A DNA stretch of 63,985 nucleotides, the filler included, from an uncultured bacterium (GTDB lineage: Bacteria > CAYJOG01), in the NCBI GenBank assembly GCA_964371695.1. It is 4 parts of 4 records of this genome, joined end to end, with 100 filler letters (N's around TTAATTAATTAA, not from the genome) between each part and the next. Parts side by side here need not be neighbours in the genome. Positions count along the whole stretch, not along the records: positions 17,931 to 35,546 come from CAYJOG010000011.1; 3 more parts are not named here. One strand, given 5' to 3'. Both the position numbers and the translations under genes were made by a program. The notes under the pieces were generated by a model. That model was not told the origin of the DNA. It did no database searches and saw only the letters and a list, made by a program, of their open reading frames with translations. Numbering within the stretch: position 1 is the first letter of the stretch; each line of letters opens with the position of its first letter. This document shows, piece by piece, positions 19,031-27,110 of this stretch.

Positions 19031-21493
19031 ATGACACCTCCCTGGATCAAAGACCGCCTTGGTCGGCAGGATATTCCCTGGTTGCTGCTGCTCAGCGCTC
19101 TGGCGGTGGTGGTGTGCTGGCCCTTGGTGGGGCAAGGCCAGTTGCCCCTGCACGCTGACAACATCAACGTGAACCTGCCCCGACACGTTTTTTTGCATCA
19201 CCATTTCTTCAGGGGGTTGTTGCCGTTGTGGGATCCGCAGGTGGGCGCGGGGGCCCCCACGGACATTTTTCTCGCCCCCACTTGGCCTTTTTATCCCTTC
19301 AACCTGCCGTTTTACCTGATCCCCGATCCGCTGGATTCGTTCCGCTTCAGTTTTCTCGGCATGTTCCTGATGCTGGGCTGGGTGTTTTATGTCAGTGCGC
19401 GGTTGTCGTTCACGGGCAGCCGGTTTGCCGCCGCGCTGGGGGCGGTGCTGTTCATGCTCAGTGGTTACGCCCAGGTGAACTTTGATCATCCCCAGGACCT
19501 GCCCCCGCTGGCCTGGGCGCCCCTGGTGCTGGCGGGGGCGCTGAACTGGCTGGCCACGCGCAAGCCGCTGTGGCTGTTTGTGATGGCCGGGGCGGTGGGC
19601 TTGCAGTTCATGGGCTTCAACCTGCAATGGGACCTGATGACCTGCCTGATGACGCTGGCGCTGTGGGCCGCCTGGGGATGGGTGCGCCGGGACCAGCGAT
19701 TGAGCGGCCTGCCCGGCCAGCCGGGGCAGGCACTCGTGGGCCTGCTGGGAGCCTGGGGCGTGGGGGCGTTGTCGGCGGCCATTGTGTTGTTGCCCTTCAT
19801 GCTGGGAGGCATGGGGGCAGAAAGGGCCGCGTGGCACTGGCGGTGGAACGTGGGGTTTCCCATGGGGCCGCCACACGTGCTGGCCTCGCTTTATCCCAAC
19901 CTGTTCGGCAGCTTTTTCAGCAACACCCACTGGGCCAACGGGGCCTATTGGGGCGAGAGCACGGGTTATGTGGGTTTCGCCGCGCTCACGCTGGTGTTGT
20001 ATTCCGCAAGGCGGCGGCTGGGCCGCCCTGCTGTCGCGTTTTTGCTGATCGCCCTGTTGGGGCTGGTGATTTCTTTTGGCGCACGCACGCCGGTGGGGCT
20101 GGTGGTGTTCAACCTGCCGCTGTTCCACGCCTTTGCCCACCCGGGGCGCTTCTTTTTTGTCATGACCTGCGCCCTGAGTGTGGCGGTGGCCATGGCCGGT
20201 GAAACACTCACCGAAGAGAAACAACCCCCCGGCGTGCTGGCCCGGTGGGTGATGGGTCTGGCCCTGCTCAGCGCCCTGCTGTTGCTGGTGTTGCGCGGCC
20301 CCATGGAAAACCTGTTTCTGGACCTGCTGCACCGCGCCTATGCCGGGGAGGGTTTCGGGTTTTTGGCCAAGCTGTTTTTGCAGGGCCGGGCCGAGCACGA
20401 CTGGGCGTTTTATGCCGCCAAAAGCAGCGGCATTTTTCGCACGGTCGCCACGGCGGTGGCGGCGGGACATGGTGTGCTGGGGGCGGCCATCGCCCTGGGT
20501 TATCTGGGGCGGGAACAGGCCCGGACAAAGCAGGCGCTGTGGCTGGGGCTGATGGCGGTTTCGCTGCTGATTCCCATGGGGCATTTCACCACCAACCATC
20601 CCGCCGCGCTGCTGCGGCGCGAGCCGGACTATCTCAGGGTGGCCAAACAACACCTGCACGGCGGGCGATTTCTGCCTTCCCTCCAAGCAAAAAACGACCT
20701 TTCCCTGCCCTGGCGCGAAGAGCTGAACACGATTTTTGATGTGCCGCTGGCCAAGGCCTATCTGCACTTTCACGCCGCCAACAACACCCTGCCTCCTGGT
20801 GAGTTCTGCCAGCTTTATGGCGTGCGGGTGCTCACACAGTTTTCGGTGTCAAACCCACCTGCGCCCTATTGCGCGGCACAACATTTGCTGGCCACGGTGA
20901 GGTCCGCCGACGCCACCGGCAAACCCACCGGTTCCCTGCGGCTTTATTCGGTGAAAAACCCGTTGCCGGTGGCCTATCTGGCCCCCACGGTGCGCACTTA
21001 CCCCGCAACGCTTTCGCCCAGCGGCGTGCTGCGCGGGCAGCCCCTCAACCCCCGCCTCACCGTGTTGTTGCCCAAGGCTGACGCCACCGGACTGGACGGT
21101 CTGTTGGAAGAAAATGCTTCACCGCCGGAAGCGATTGACCCACAGAACGGCGTGACGGGTTTTCGCCGCCCCCTGACCCACCAGATGCGCCTGTCGGTGA
21201 AGGCCCCACAGACCACCCTGCTGGTGGTGCTGGAGAACTGGGACCAAGGCTGGCGCGCCACGGTGGACGGCAAACCCGCCCCCATCCGCCGGGCCTTTGG
21301 GGCGTTCATGGCGCTGCGCGTGCCCGCAGGCCAACACCGGGTGGCGCTGGATTATTTCCCCTGGCACTGGCCCTGGCTGCCGCTTTTTTGTGGCGGCGTG
21401 TGGCTGGGGATTTTGCTGGGGGGCGCGGGGTGCTGGTTAACCAACCAGCGGCTCAGTCCCCCGGCTGCGGGTGTGTCTTGGCCCACGCCTTGA
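19031..21493 (+). CDS. YfhO-family (GT-C) polytopic membrane protein
   Basis: 'PLWDP...G.P...FYP' N-terminus, many TMs, C-terminal 'W..GW.A.VDG.....RA...FMA..VPAG.H.V...Y.P'. Confidence 0.8.
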   Translation: MTPPWIKDRLGRQDIPWLLLLSALAVVVCWPLVGQGQLPLHADNINVNLPRHVFLHHHFFRGLLPLWDPQVGAGAPTDIFLAPTWPFYPFNLPFYLIPDPLDSFRFSFLGMFLMLGWVFYVSARLSFTGSRFAAALGAVLFMLSGYAQVNFDHPQDLPPLAWAPLVLAGALNWLATRKPLWLFVMAGAVGLQFMGFNLQWDLMTCLMTLALWAAWGWVRRDQRLSGLPGQPGQALVGLLGAWGVGALSAAIVLLPFMLGGMGAERAAWHWRWNVGFPMGPPHVLASLYPNLFGSFFSNTHWANGAYWGESTGYVGFAALTLVLYSARRRLGRPAVAFLLIALLGLVISFGARTPVGLVVFNLPLFHAFAHPGRFFFVMTCALSVAVAMAGETLTEEKQPPGVLARWVMGLALLSALLLLVLRGPMENLFLDLLHRAYAGEGFGFLAKLFLQGRAEHDWAFYAAKSSGIFRTVATAVAAGHGVLGAAIALGYLGREQARTKQALWLGLMAVSLLIPMGHFTTNHPAALLRREPDYLRVAKQHLHGGRFLPSLQAKNDLSLPWREELNTIFDVPLAKAYLHFHAANNTLPPGEFCQLYGVRVLTQFSVSNPPAPYCAAQHLLATVRSADATGKPTGSLRLYSVKNPLPVAYLAPTVRTYPATLSPSGVLRGQPLNPRLTVLLPKADATGLDGLLEENASPPEAIDPQNGVTGFRRPLTHQMRLSVKAPQTTLLVVLENWDQGWRATVDGKPAPIRRAFGAFMALRVPAGQHRVALDYFPWHWPWLPLFCGGVWLGILLGGAGCWLTNQRLSPPAAGVSWPTP

Positions 21494-22463
21494 AGCGCGC
21501 CGGGGCGCTGGTGTCAAACCACCGTTTGGCCTCGGTGGCCCAGCCCCGTTTGCGGGCGTCTTCAAAGGCCGCTTCGTATTGCTTCAGATAATCCGGCGGG
21601 GTGCGGAACAACGACCCCTGAAACGCCAGAAAAAACCAGCGCACCGTGGCAAAGGATGGATCGCGGTGGGCATTTGCCAGCACCTGCGCCAATTTGTCCA
21701 GCACCGCCGGGGGCATGTCGCGGCGGGTGGCCAGAAACACCATCGGCTCGCCGGGGCGACACACCAAAGGCCCGGCGTTTTTGAACTCTGGTTTCTGTTT
21801 TTGCACAAACAGCCACTTTTGCCAACCCATATACGCCGCGTCGGTTTCGCCCTTCAGCAACTTCTCCAGCGCCACCGCCGGATTGGCGTGAAAATCAAAA
21901 CCGCCAAAGAACTTTTCCAGCGGTTCGTTCACGCCGCCCTCAAACAGCAAACGCCGCACGGTGACGTAATCCGTGAGGCCGTTCAGCCGTTTGCCCTTCA
22001 GCGCCGCCACGCCCTTCAGGCCCCGGCGTTTGTCTACAAACAGGCAGGCCTGGCCATAGGTCTGGCCCTTCACCGTCCAGCCCAGAAAAGGCGTCAGTTG
22101 CTGGCGCAGCACGTCGTGCAGCATGTATTCCTCAGGGTAAAGATAAATCAGCTCGGCCTTTTTCTCGCGGGTGAGACGCATGGCTTCGTCCATGGCCACC
22201 ACGTTGCCGGGCTTGCCGCGTTTCATGGCCAGTTCGTGGCTGTGCAGGATTTCCAGCGAGCCGTCGTAACCCGTTTTCTGCGCCACGCCCTTCACCATGC
22301 TGTTGAAGGCGTCGTAAACGCGGTGATAGTTCACCCCCAGCGAGGCATAACCCATGGGCACATACCAGCGCACTTTTTGCGCCGCCTGGGCCGTGGGCGC
22401 GCCGCACGACAACAACATCAGGCCAGCAACCGCCAATTTCCAGAGTTGAGTGAATCTTTTCAT
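21453..22463 (-). CDS. PhnD/SsuA-like periplasmic substrate-binding protein
   Basis: Signal/lipoprotein-like N-terminus, 'LKGKRL', 'L.GETDAA'; no cognate permease adjacent. Confidence 0.55.
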   Translation of the reverse strand: MKRFTQLWKLAVAGLMLLSCGAPTAQAAQKVRWYVPMGYASLGVNYHRVYDAFNSMVKGVAQKTGYDGSLEILHSHELAMKRGKPGNVVAMDEAMRLTREKKAELIYLYPEEYMLHDVLRQQLTPFLGWTVKGQTYGQACLFVDKRRGLKGVAALKGKRLNGLTDYVTVRRLLFEGGVNEPLEKFFGGFDFHANPAVALEKLLKGETDAAYMGWQKWLFVQKQKPEFKNAGPLVCRPGEPMVFLATRRDMPPAVLDKLAQVLANAHRDPSFATVRWFFLAFQGSLFRTPPDYLKQYEAAFEDARKRGWATEAKRWFDTSAPARFKAWAKTHPQPGD

Positions 22464-22634
22464 GGGTGAATCAGAAGTATAAGAACCAATCCCTTGGTTT
22501 GTTCAGAAGGATGCCTATGTTGAACATCACGCCCCGCCGATGCGCCGGTTCCCGTGCCTGCTTCAACGGCAACCCACCGCCTCAGGGCGGGGCATGCACA
22601 ACTGTTCTTCCGCCGCCCGGTGCGGCTTTTGTGG

Positions 22635-23981
22635 ATGCCACCTCAAGCCCCCTTCATCAGCCCCGTGCCGCTGCTGCCCCACCAGCAGCGGTTTTTTGAC
22701 AGCCGCACCAAAAACCTGGCGCTCATCACCGGCGTGGGAGCGGGCAAGAGTTTTGTGGGGGCGCTCAAAACAGCGCTTCTCTCCCGCGAGGCGTTTCCTC
22801 ATCCGGTGCTCATTGCCACCGGATCGCGTGATCAGCTCTTGCGCAACATCGTGTTTCCGCTTCAGAACATGGCGGCGGAACTGGGTTTCGAGACGGTTTA
22901 CAAGGGATATCCCTATCACCGCCTCACGTTCACCTGGCCCGGCGAGACCGATGAAAACGGCGCACCACGGCAGGGGTTCGGATTTGCATTTGGTGTGCAG
23001 GACGACGGCGCGATGCACCGCATGAGGGGCCTGAACGTGGCCGCCGCCTGGGTGGACGAAGGCCGCGACGTGCCGGTGGAGGCGTGGGAAATCATCAAGA
23101 GTCGCGTGCGCGTGGGTGAGGGGCTGCGGCAGATTCTGCTCACCAGCACACCGGGGCGCGGAGCCGACTGGATGCACCGGTTTTTTGTGCGCGACGTGGC
23201 CGAAAAACCCGCCCGGGCGCGGGACAGGGAACTGATTACCGGCGTCACCAGCGCCCACAATCCGCACCTGCCTGCGGATTATCTGCAAGACCTGCGGGAC
23301 AGTTACGACCCCACCACGCTGGCCCGCGAGTTTCAGGGCCAGTGGGTGGAAGACAAAACCCTGCAGGTGGTGCATGAATTTGACCGCGCCCGCCACGCGG
23401 TGACGGGCGAAGAACAGGATTACACCCCCAACCTGCCGGTGCTGCTGTCGCTGGATTTCAACATGCTGGGCAGCGCGCTGTTGTGCCACTGGTGGGAGGA
23501 AAAGCTGTGGGTGTTCGATGAAATACGCCTGCCCAAAAGCAACACGTGGGAGGTGGTGGGCGAGGCGGTGCGCCGCATGGCAACAGACTTGCCCGCCGAG
23601 CGCCGTGTGCGCGAATGGGTGGTGGCGGGCGACGCCACAGGCCACCACGGCGACACCCGCAGCCGTTACAACGACTGGCAGATTGTGCGGGAAATCCTGC
23701 GGGACAAACCGGCCTTTCCCTGGACCTATCACGAGGCCACCTGGACCCACAACCCCTCGGTGCGCGACACGGTGGTGCTCTTGAACGCCAAGTTCAGCCG
23801 CGACGAGGTGCTGATTCACGAACGCTGCCGCCTGTTGATGATGGACCTGGAAGAAACCCGCTACCGGCCCGGCTCGGAGACGCTGGACAAAACCAACCCC
23901 GACCTCACCCACCTCACCGACGCCCTGCGCTACGCCGCCAAGGCGGTGTATTACAACCACCCCCAAAAGCCGAGTTTGTGA
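22635..23981 (+). CDS. Phage terminase large subunit
   Basis: 'PHQQRF' adenine motif, Walker A GVGAGKS, 'RGLN..AWVDE' Walker B, STP coupling motif; RNase H-like nuclease Asps in LSLDFN, AGDATG, HLTDALRY. Confidence 0.88.
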   Translation: MPPQAPFISPVPLLPHQQRFFDSRTKNLALITGVGAGKSFVGALKTALLSREAFPHPVLIATGSRDQLLRNIVFPLQNMAAELGFETVYKGYPYHRLTFTWPGETDENGAPRQGFGFAFGVQDDGAMHRMRGLNVAAAWVDEGRDVPVEAWEIIKSRVRVGEGLRQILLTSTPGRGADWMHRFFVRDVAEKPARARDRELITGVTSAHNPHLPADYLQDLRDSYDPTTLAREFQGQWVEDKTLQVVHEFDRARHAVTGEEQDYTPNLPVLLSLDFNMLGSALLCHWWEEKLWVFDEIRLPKSNTWEVVGEAVRRMATDLPAERRVREWVVAGDATGHHGDTRSRYNDWQIVREILRDKPAFPWTYHEATWTHNPSVRDTVVLLNAKFSRDEVLIHERCRLLMMDLEETRYRPGSETLDKTNPDLTHLTDALRYAAKAVYYNHPQKPSL

Positions 23982-23998
23982 AAAAAGGGTTTATCTAT

Positions 23999-24032
23999 TT
24001 TGTTTTGCACAGGCGGGACGCCTGCGCCACCA
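23999..24032. repeat. REP, left copy of a 34-bp direct repeat flanking the RAYT
   Basis: TTTGTTTTGCACAGGCGGGACGCCTGCGCCACCA, identical at 24667-24700. Confidence 0.85.
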
Positions 24033-24078
24033 GAACATTGCCACCAGAACTATGTCACCAGAACTGCGCCTCCAGAAC
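24023..24078. repeat. Four degenerate 14-bp tandem repeats
   Basis: CCAGAAC at 24030, 24044, 24058, 24072 (period 14). Confidence 0.75.
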
Positions 24079-24113
24079 AGGCCTTCCCCCAAAAGCCTTT
24101 CCTGAAAATTTTT

Positions 24114-24138
24114 TGGTGGGGCAGGCATCTTGCCTGCC
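24114..24138. repeat. Inverted REP copy downstream of the RAYT
   Basis: TGGTGGGGCAGGCATCTTGCCTGCC: GTGG plus palindrome, opposite orientation to the 24010-24032 copy. Confidence 0.7.
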
Positions 24139-24164
24139 TTGAATAAAAAACAAACCAAAATATT

Positions 24165-24617
24165 TTATGAATGAAAACCTTCGGCCCAAACCCATGGATA
24201 ATCCGCCGCTTCAGGCCACCGCTTTTTGGGGTTACCAAGAATGTATTGCATTTTTTCCAACATGTCTTGTTCGTCCCTTACCTGCCGGTCAAAAGATTCA
24301 TCTTGCCAAACAATCCCCATTTTTCCACGATGTTTTCCAATGGCCTTGCTGGAAAAAGACTTCCAGGAATGGAGGGTTTTTTCAAGTGGATATTGGGCCA
24401 TGGTGGTGAGAACGACATGAACATGATCATCCATCACCACAAAGGCATACAGCAGATAGCGCTGGTCTTTGAAAAATTGCAAAGCGTTGCTTGTGATTGT
24501 TTTCTCTGTTTCAGACAGTTCTGATGTTCCAGAAGCAATTCTCCATGTAACAAAGTATGTAGCCCCCGGCGTGTAAATGTGTGGCAGTCGGCGGCGACGA
24601 ATTGTCACAAACCTCAT
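24165..24617 (-). mobile_element. REP-associated tyrosine transposase (RAYT, Y1 HUH/IS200-like)
   Basis: 'R.LPH....GATYFVTW', HUH motif MDDHVH, 'WQDESFD..VR', catalytic 'YILGNP'; more AT-rich than its neighbours; flanked by REPs. Confidence 0.88.
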
Positions 24618-24666
24618 TCTACAGGTTGTTCGTGTTTGATCATTCGGAAAAGACAGAGGATTTTTC

Positions 24667-24700
24667 TTTGTTTTGCACAGGCGGGACGCCTGCGCCACCA
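24667..24700. repeat. REP, right copy of the 34-bp direct repeat
   Basis: Identical to 23999-24032. Confidence 0.85.
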
Positions 24701-24747
24701 AAAAATGAATTCACCTTTATCACACCAAATCCCACAAGGAGACCCAC

Positions 24748-26121
24748 ATGTCCCACCCCTTTCTGCTCGAAGAAAACCCCACCCACGACGCCGCCACCAG
24801 CGAGTTGCTGGCTTATTACCACGGCTGCCACATGGGTTATCTGCGCCAAGCGCTGAAGAAACGCCTGAGCGAGGCCGACGTGATGACACAGGTGATGGAG
24901 GCGGCCAACCTGGTGCGGCCTTTGGTGGACCTGCTCAGCCCCGCCTATACACCGCCGCCCCACCGCGTGCTGCTGGGGGGCACGCCCACCGAAGAAAGCG
25001 CCTTTTTTCACCTGCTGGAAGACAGCCGCTGGGACGAAACTTTTGACGAAGCCAACCGCCTGGCCACCCTGTGTGGCGTGAGCGCCATCAAGTGCGCCGT
25101 GACGGGCCAGGGCCGCCGCTGGGCCATGCAGGCGCTGGCCCCCAACGCCTGGTGGGCCGCCGCCCACGCCGAGACCCCCGGCGAACTGGCAGCTTTTGTG
25201 CACGAGGCCCTTTTGCCCGGCGAGAACGGCAAACCCCGCTGGCGCACCTATGGTTATACGCCGACGTTTGTCTATTGGCGCGACGCGGGCGCGCCCCTGC
25301 CCAGCCGCATGGCGGTGTTTGATGACACTGCGCCGCTTTTTGAAGGCGTGAACGACGCCCCGGCGGGGCGTATGGTCAACCGTTATGGCCGCATTCCGGT
25401 GGTGCTGGTGGTGAACCGCCGCGCTGCGGGCGGTGTGAAACCACCGGTGGACGAAACCCTGCTGAGCCGCCAGCAGGCCCTGAACCTGAAGCTCACCGGG
25501 CGCAACTTCAACCTCATGGAGCTGGGGTTCAGCCAGTTGGTGCTCAAGGGCCAGTGGGACAAATCCATCCGTCGTAGCGTCACCGAACCCATCAAGGTGC
25601 CCATCGAGCGGGGCGGGGATTTTCAGAACACCGTGGATTACCTCACACCCAACCCCTTTGTGGCCGAGCACCACGAGGCCATCGAAACCGAGTGGGACAT
25701 GGCGGCCCGCGAAAACGGCCTGGACCCCGACACCCTGCGGGGGCGGCGCACCAGCACCAGCGGTTATCACCAGGAACTCAAGGATCAGCGCCTGCGTGAG
25801 CACAAATCCCGCCAGTGCCGCCGCCGCGCCCGCGACGAACGCGAGGCATTTGGTTTGCTCAAGGCGATCAGCGCCGCCGAGGGGGGCGCGCCCCTGCGGC
25901 TTTCGCCGGGGGTGGAATTGTCGGTGGCGTTTTCGCCCTATCGCGTGCCCCGCGACGAAGCCGAGGAATGGACGCTGCTGAAGGATCAGGTGCTGATGGG
26001 CGTGAGGCCGGTGGACGACCTGGTGCGCCTCATCCGCCCCGACCTCACCGGCGAAAAAGCTGTGGGAGATTATCTGGCCAGCGTGAAGGAAAGAAATGGG
26101 CTGCTGACGTTGGGGAGTTAA
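24748..26121 (+). CDS. Putative phage portal protein (SPP1 gp6-like)
   Basis: 457 aa, same strand and downstream of TerL; AGGAG RBS; 'NLVRPLVD.....Y..PP.R' and 'NRYGRIPVV' resemble portal motifs. Confidence 0.62.
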   Translation: MSHPFLLEENPTHDAATSELLAYYHGCHMGYLRQALKKRLSEADVMTQVMEAANLVRPLVDLLSPAYTPPPHRVLLGGTPTEESAFFHLLEDSRWDETFDEANRLATLCGVSAIKCAVTGQGRRWAMQALAPNAWWAAAHAETPGELAAFVHEALLPGENGKPRWRTYGYTPTFVYWRDAGAPLPSRMAVFDDTAPLFEGVNDAPAGRMVNRYGRIPVVLVVNRRAAGGVKPPVDETLLSRQQALNLKLTGRNFNLMELGFSQLVLKGQWDKSIRRSVTEPIKVPIERGGDFQNTVDYLTPNPFVAEHHEAIETEWDMAARENGLDPDTLRGRRTSTSGYHQELKDQRLREHKSRQCRRRARDEREAFGLLKAISAAEGGAPLRLSPGVELSVAFSPYRVPRDEAEEWTLLKDQVLMGVRPVDDLVRLIRPDLTGEKAVGDYLASVKERNGLLTLGS

Positions 26122-26160
26122 GCCGGAGGGGAAAGAACCTGCGGCCAATCTGGTTTTCAT

Positions 26161-26230
26161 GGCGGGCGAGGACGCCCGCCCCACTACAAAACAGCTTTCT
26201 TGCTCAGTGGGGCGGGCGTCCTCGCCCGCC
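26161..26230. repeat. REP doublet (perfect 25-bp inverted pair)
   Basis: GGCGGGCGAGGACGCCCGCCCCACT (26161-26185) / AGTGGGGCGGGCGTCCTCGCCCGCC (26206-26230). Confidence 0.85.
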
Positions 26231-26336
26231 TCTGGTGAGAAAAGCAAAAAACCATACCCGCACCGTCTTCCCGCCCCAAGGTGGAAAACCGGTCACCGGG
26301 GGATGACGGCGGGGCGGAATGTTATAAACTCCGCCC

Positions 26337-27110
26337 GTGCGAAAACTGGTATTTGCTGCTCCCCTGCTGCTGGCGGGTTTTTTGCCTCATGCACAGGCCA
26401 TCACGCTGGATCACCTGAGCGTGCTCACCTATCAGGAGAAGATTCAGGTGGAGGCCCTGGCGAGCGACGCCGCCGCCGTCAAGGACATCGCCGCCTTTGA
26501 CGCCACCGGCAAGCTGCTCTATCGCCGCGAGTGTCCCAAGGCCCCCGTGTGCCGTGCCGTGTTTGTGCTCGAATCGGTGGACAGCCCTCAGCGCACCCTC
26601 ACCCTGCTGGCCACCAACACCGAGGGCAAGAGCGCCAGCGAGGTGTTCACCGCCCAGGTGGAAAAAAACGTGGCGCGGGTCTATGTGCTCAACAAGATTG
26701 AAGACGCCAACACGTTACTGCCCCTGGGGGCCTTTGACTTTTTGAACAAAGACCTGGTGGCCGGCACCGTGCCTGCCGAAATGATGGCCTCTNNNNNNNN
26801 NNCCTCTGAAAAACCCGGCGAGTTGCCCAGCCACGACCCAAATCTGGAACTGCCCAAAATGGACCTGGGGCATTATCAGGACGGCGACAAGCTGGTGCTC
26901 ACCGCCAAGGCCAGCAGCAAGGTGGGCATGGACAGCATCGCGATTCTGGAAGATGGTCTTTTTCTGGACGTGGAGCTGTGCAGCGGCGAAAAGAAATGCA
27001 CCTTCACCAAGGTGCTGGCCCGCCCCAGCGGCAAACACACCTACCGCTTCAAGGCCCGCACGGTGGGGGGCGCGCAAAAAGAGGAAGAGCTGCTGGTGGA
27101 TTTGCCATGA
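26337..27110 (+). CDS. Secreted protein, probably two Ig-like beta domains (spans false gap 26793-26802)
   Basis: Signal peptide ending AQA; two Cys pairs (CPKAPVC, CSGEKKC); frame preserved across the gap. Confidence 0.6.
   Translation: MRKLVFAAPLLLAGFLPHAQAITLDHLSVLTYQEKIQVEALASDAAAVKDIAAFDATGKLLYRRECPKAPVCRAVFVLESVDSPQRTLTLLATNTEGKSASEVFTAQVEKNVARVYVLNKIEDANTLLPLGAFDFLNKDLVAGTVPAEMMASXXXXSEKPGELPSHDPNLELPKMDLGHYQDGDKLVLTAKASSKVGMDSIAILEDGLFLDVELCSGEKKCTFTKVLARPSGKHTYRFKARTVGGAQKEEELLVDLP

Noticed and set aside
23999-24700. Possible CRISPR array from the 34-bp direct repeats
   Set aside because: Only two copies, 668 nt apart, with a transposase between them; no cas genes.
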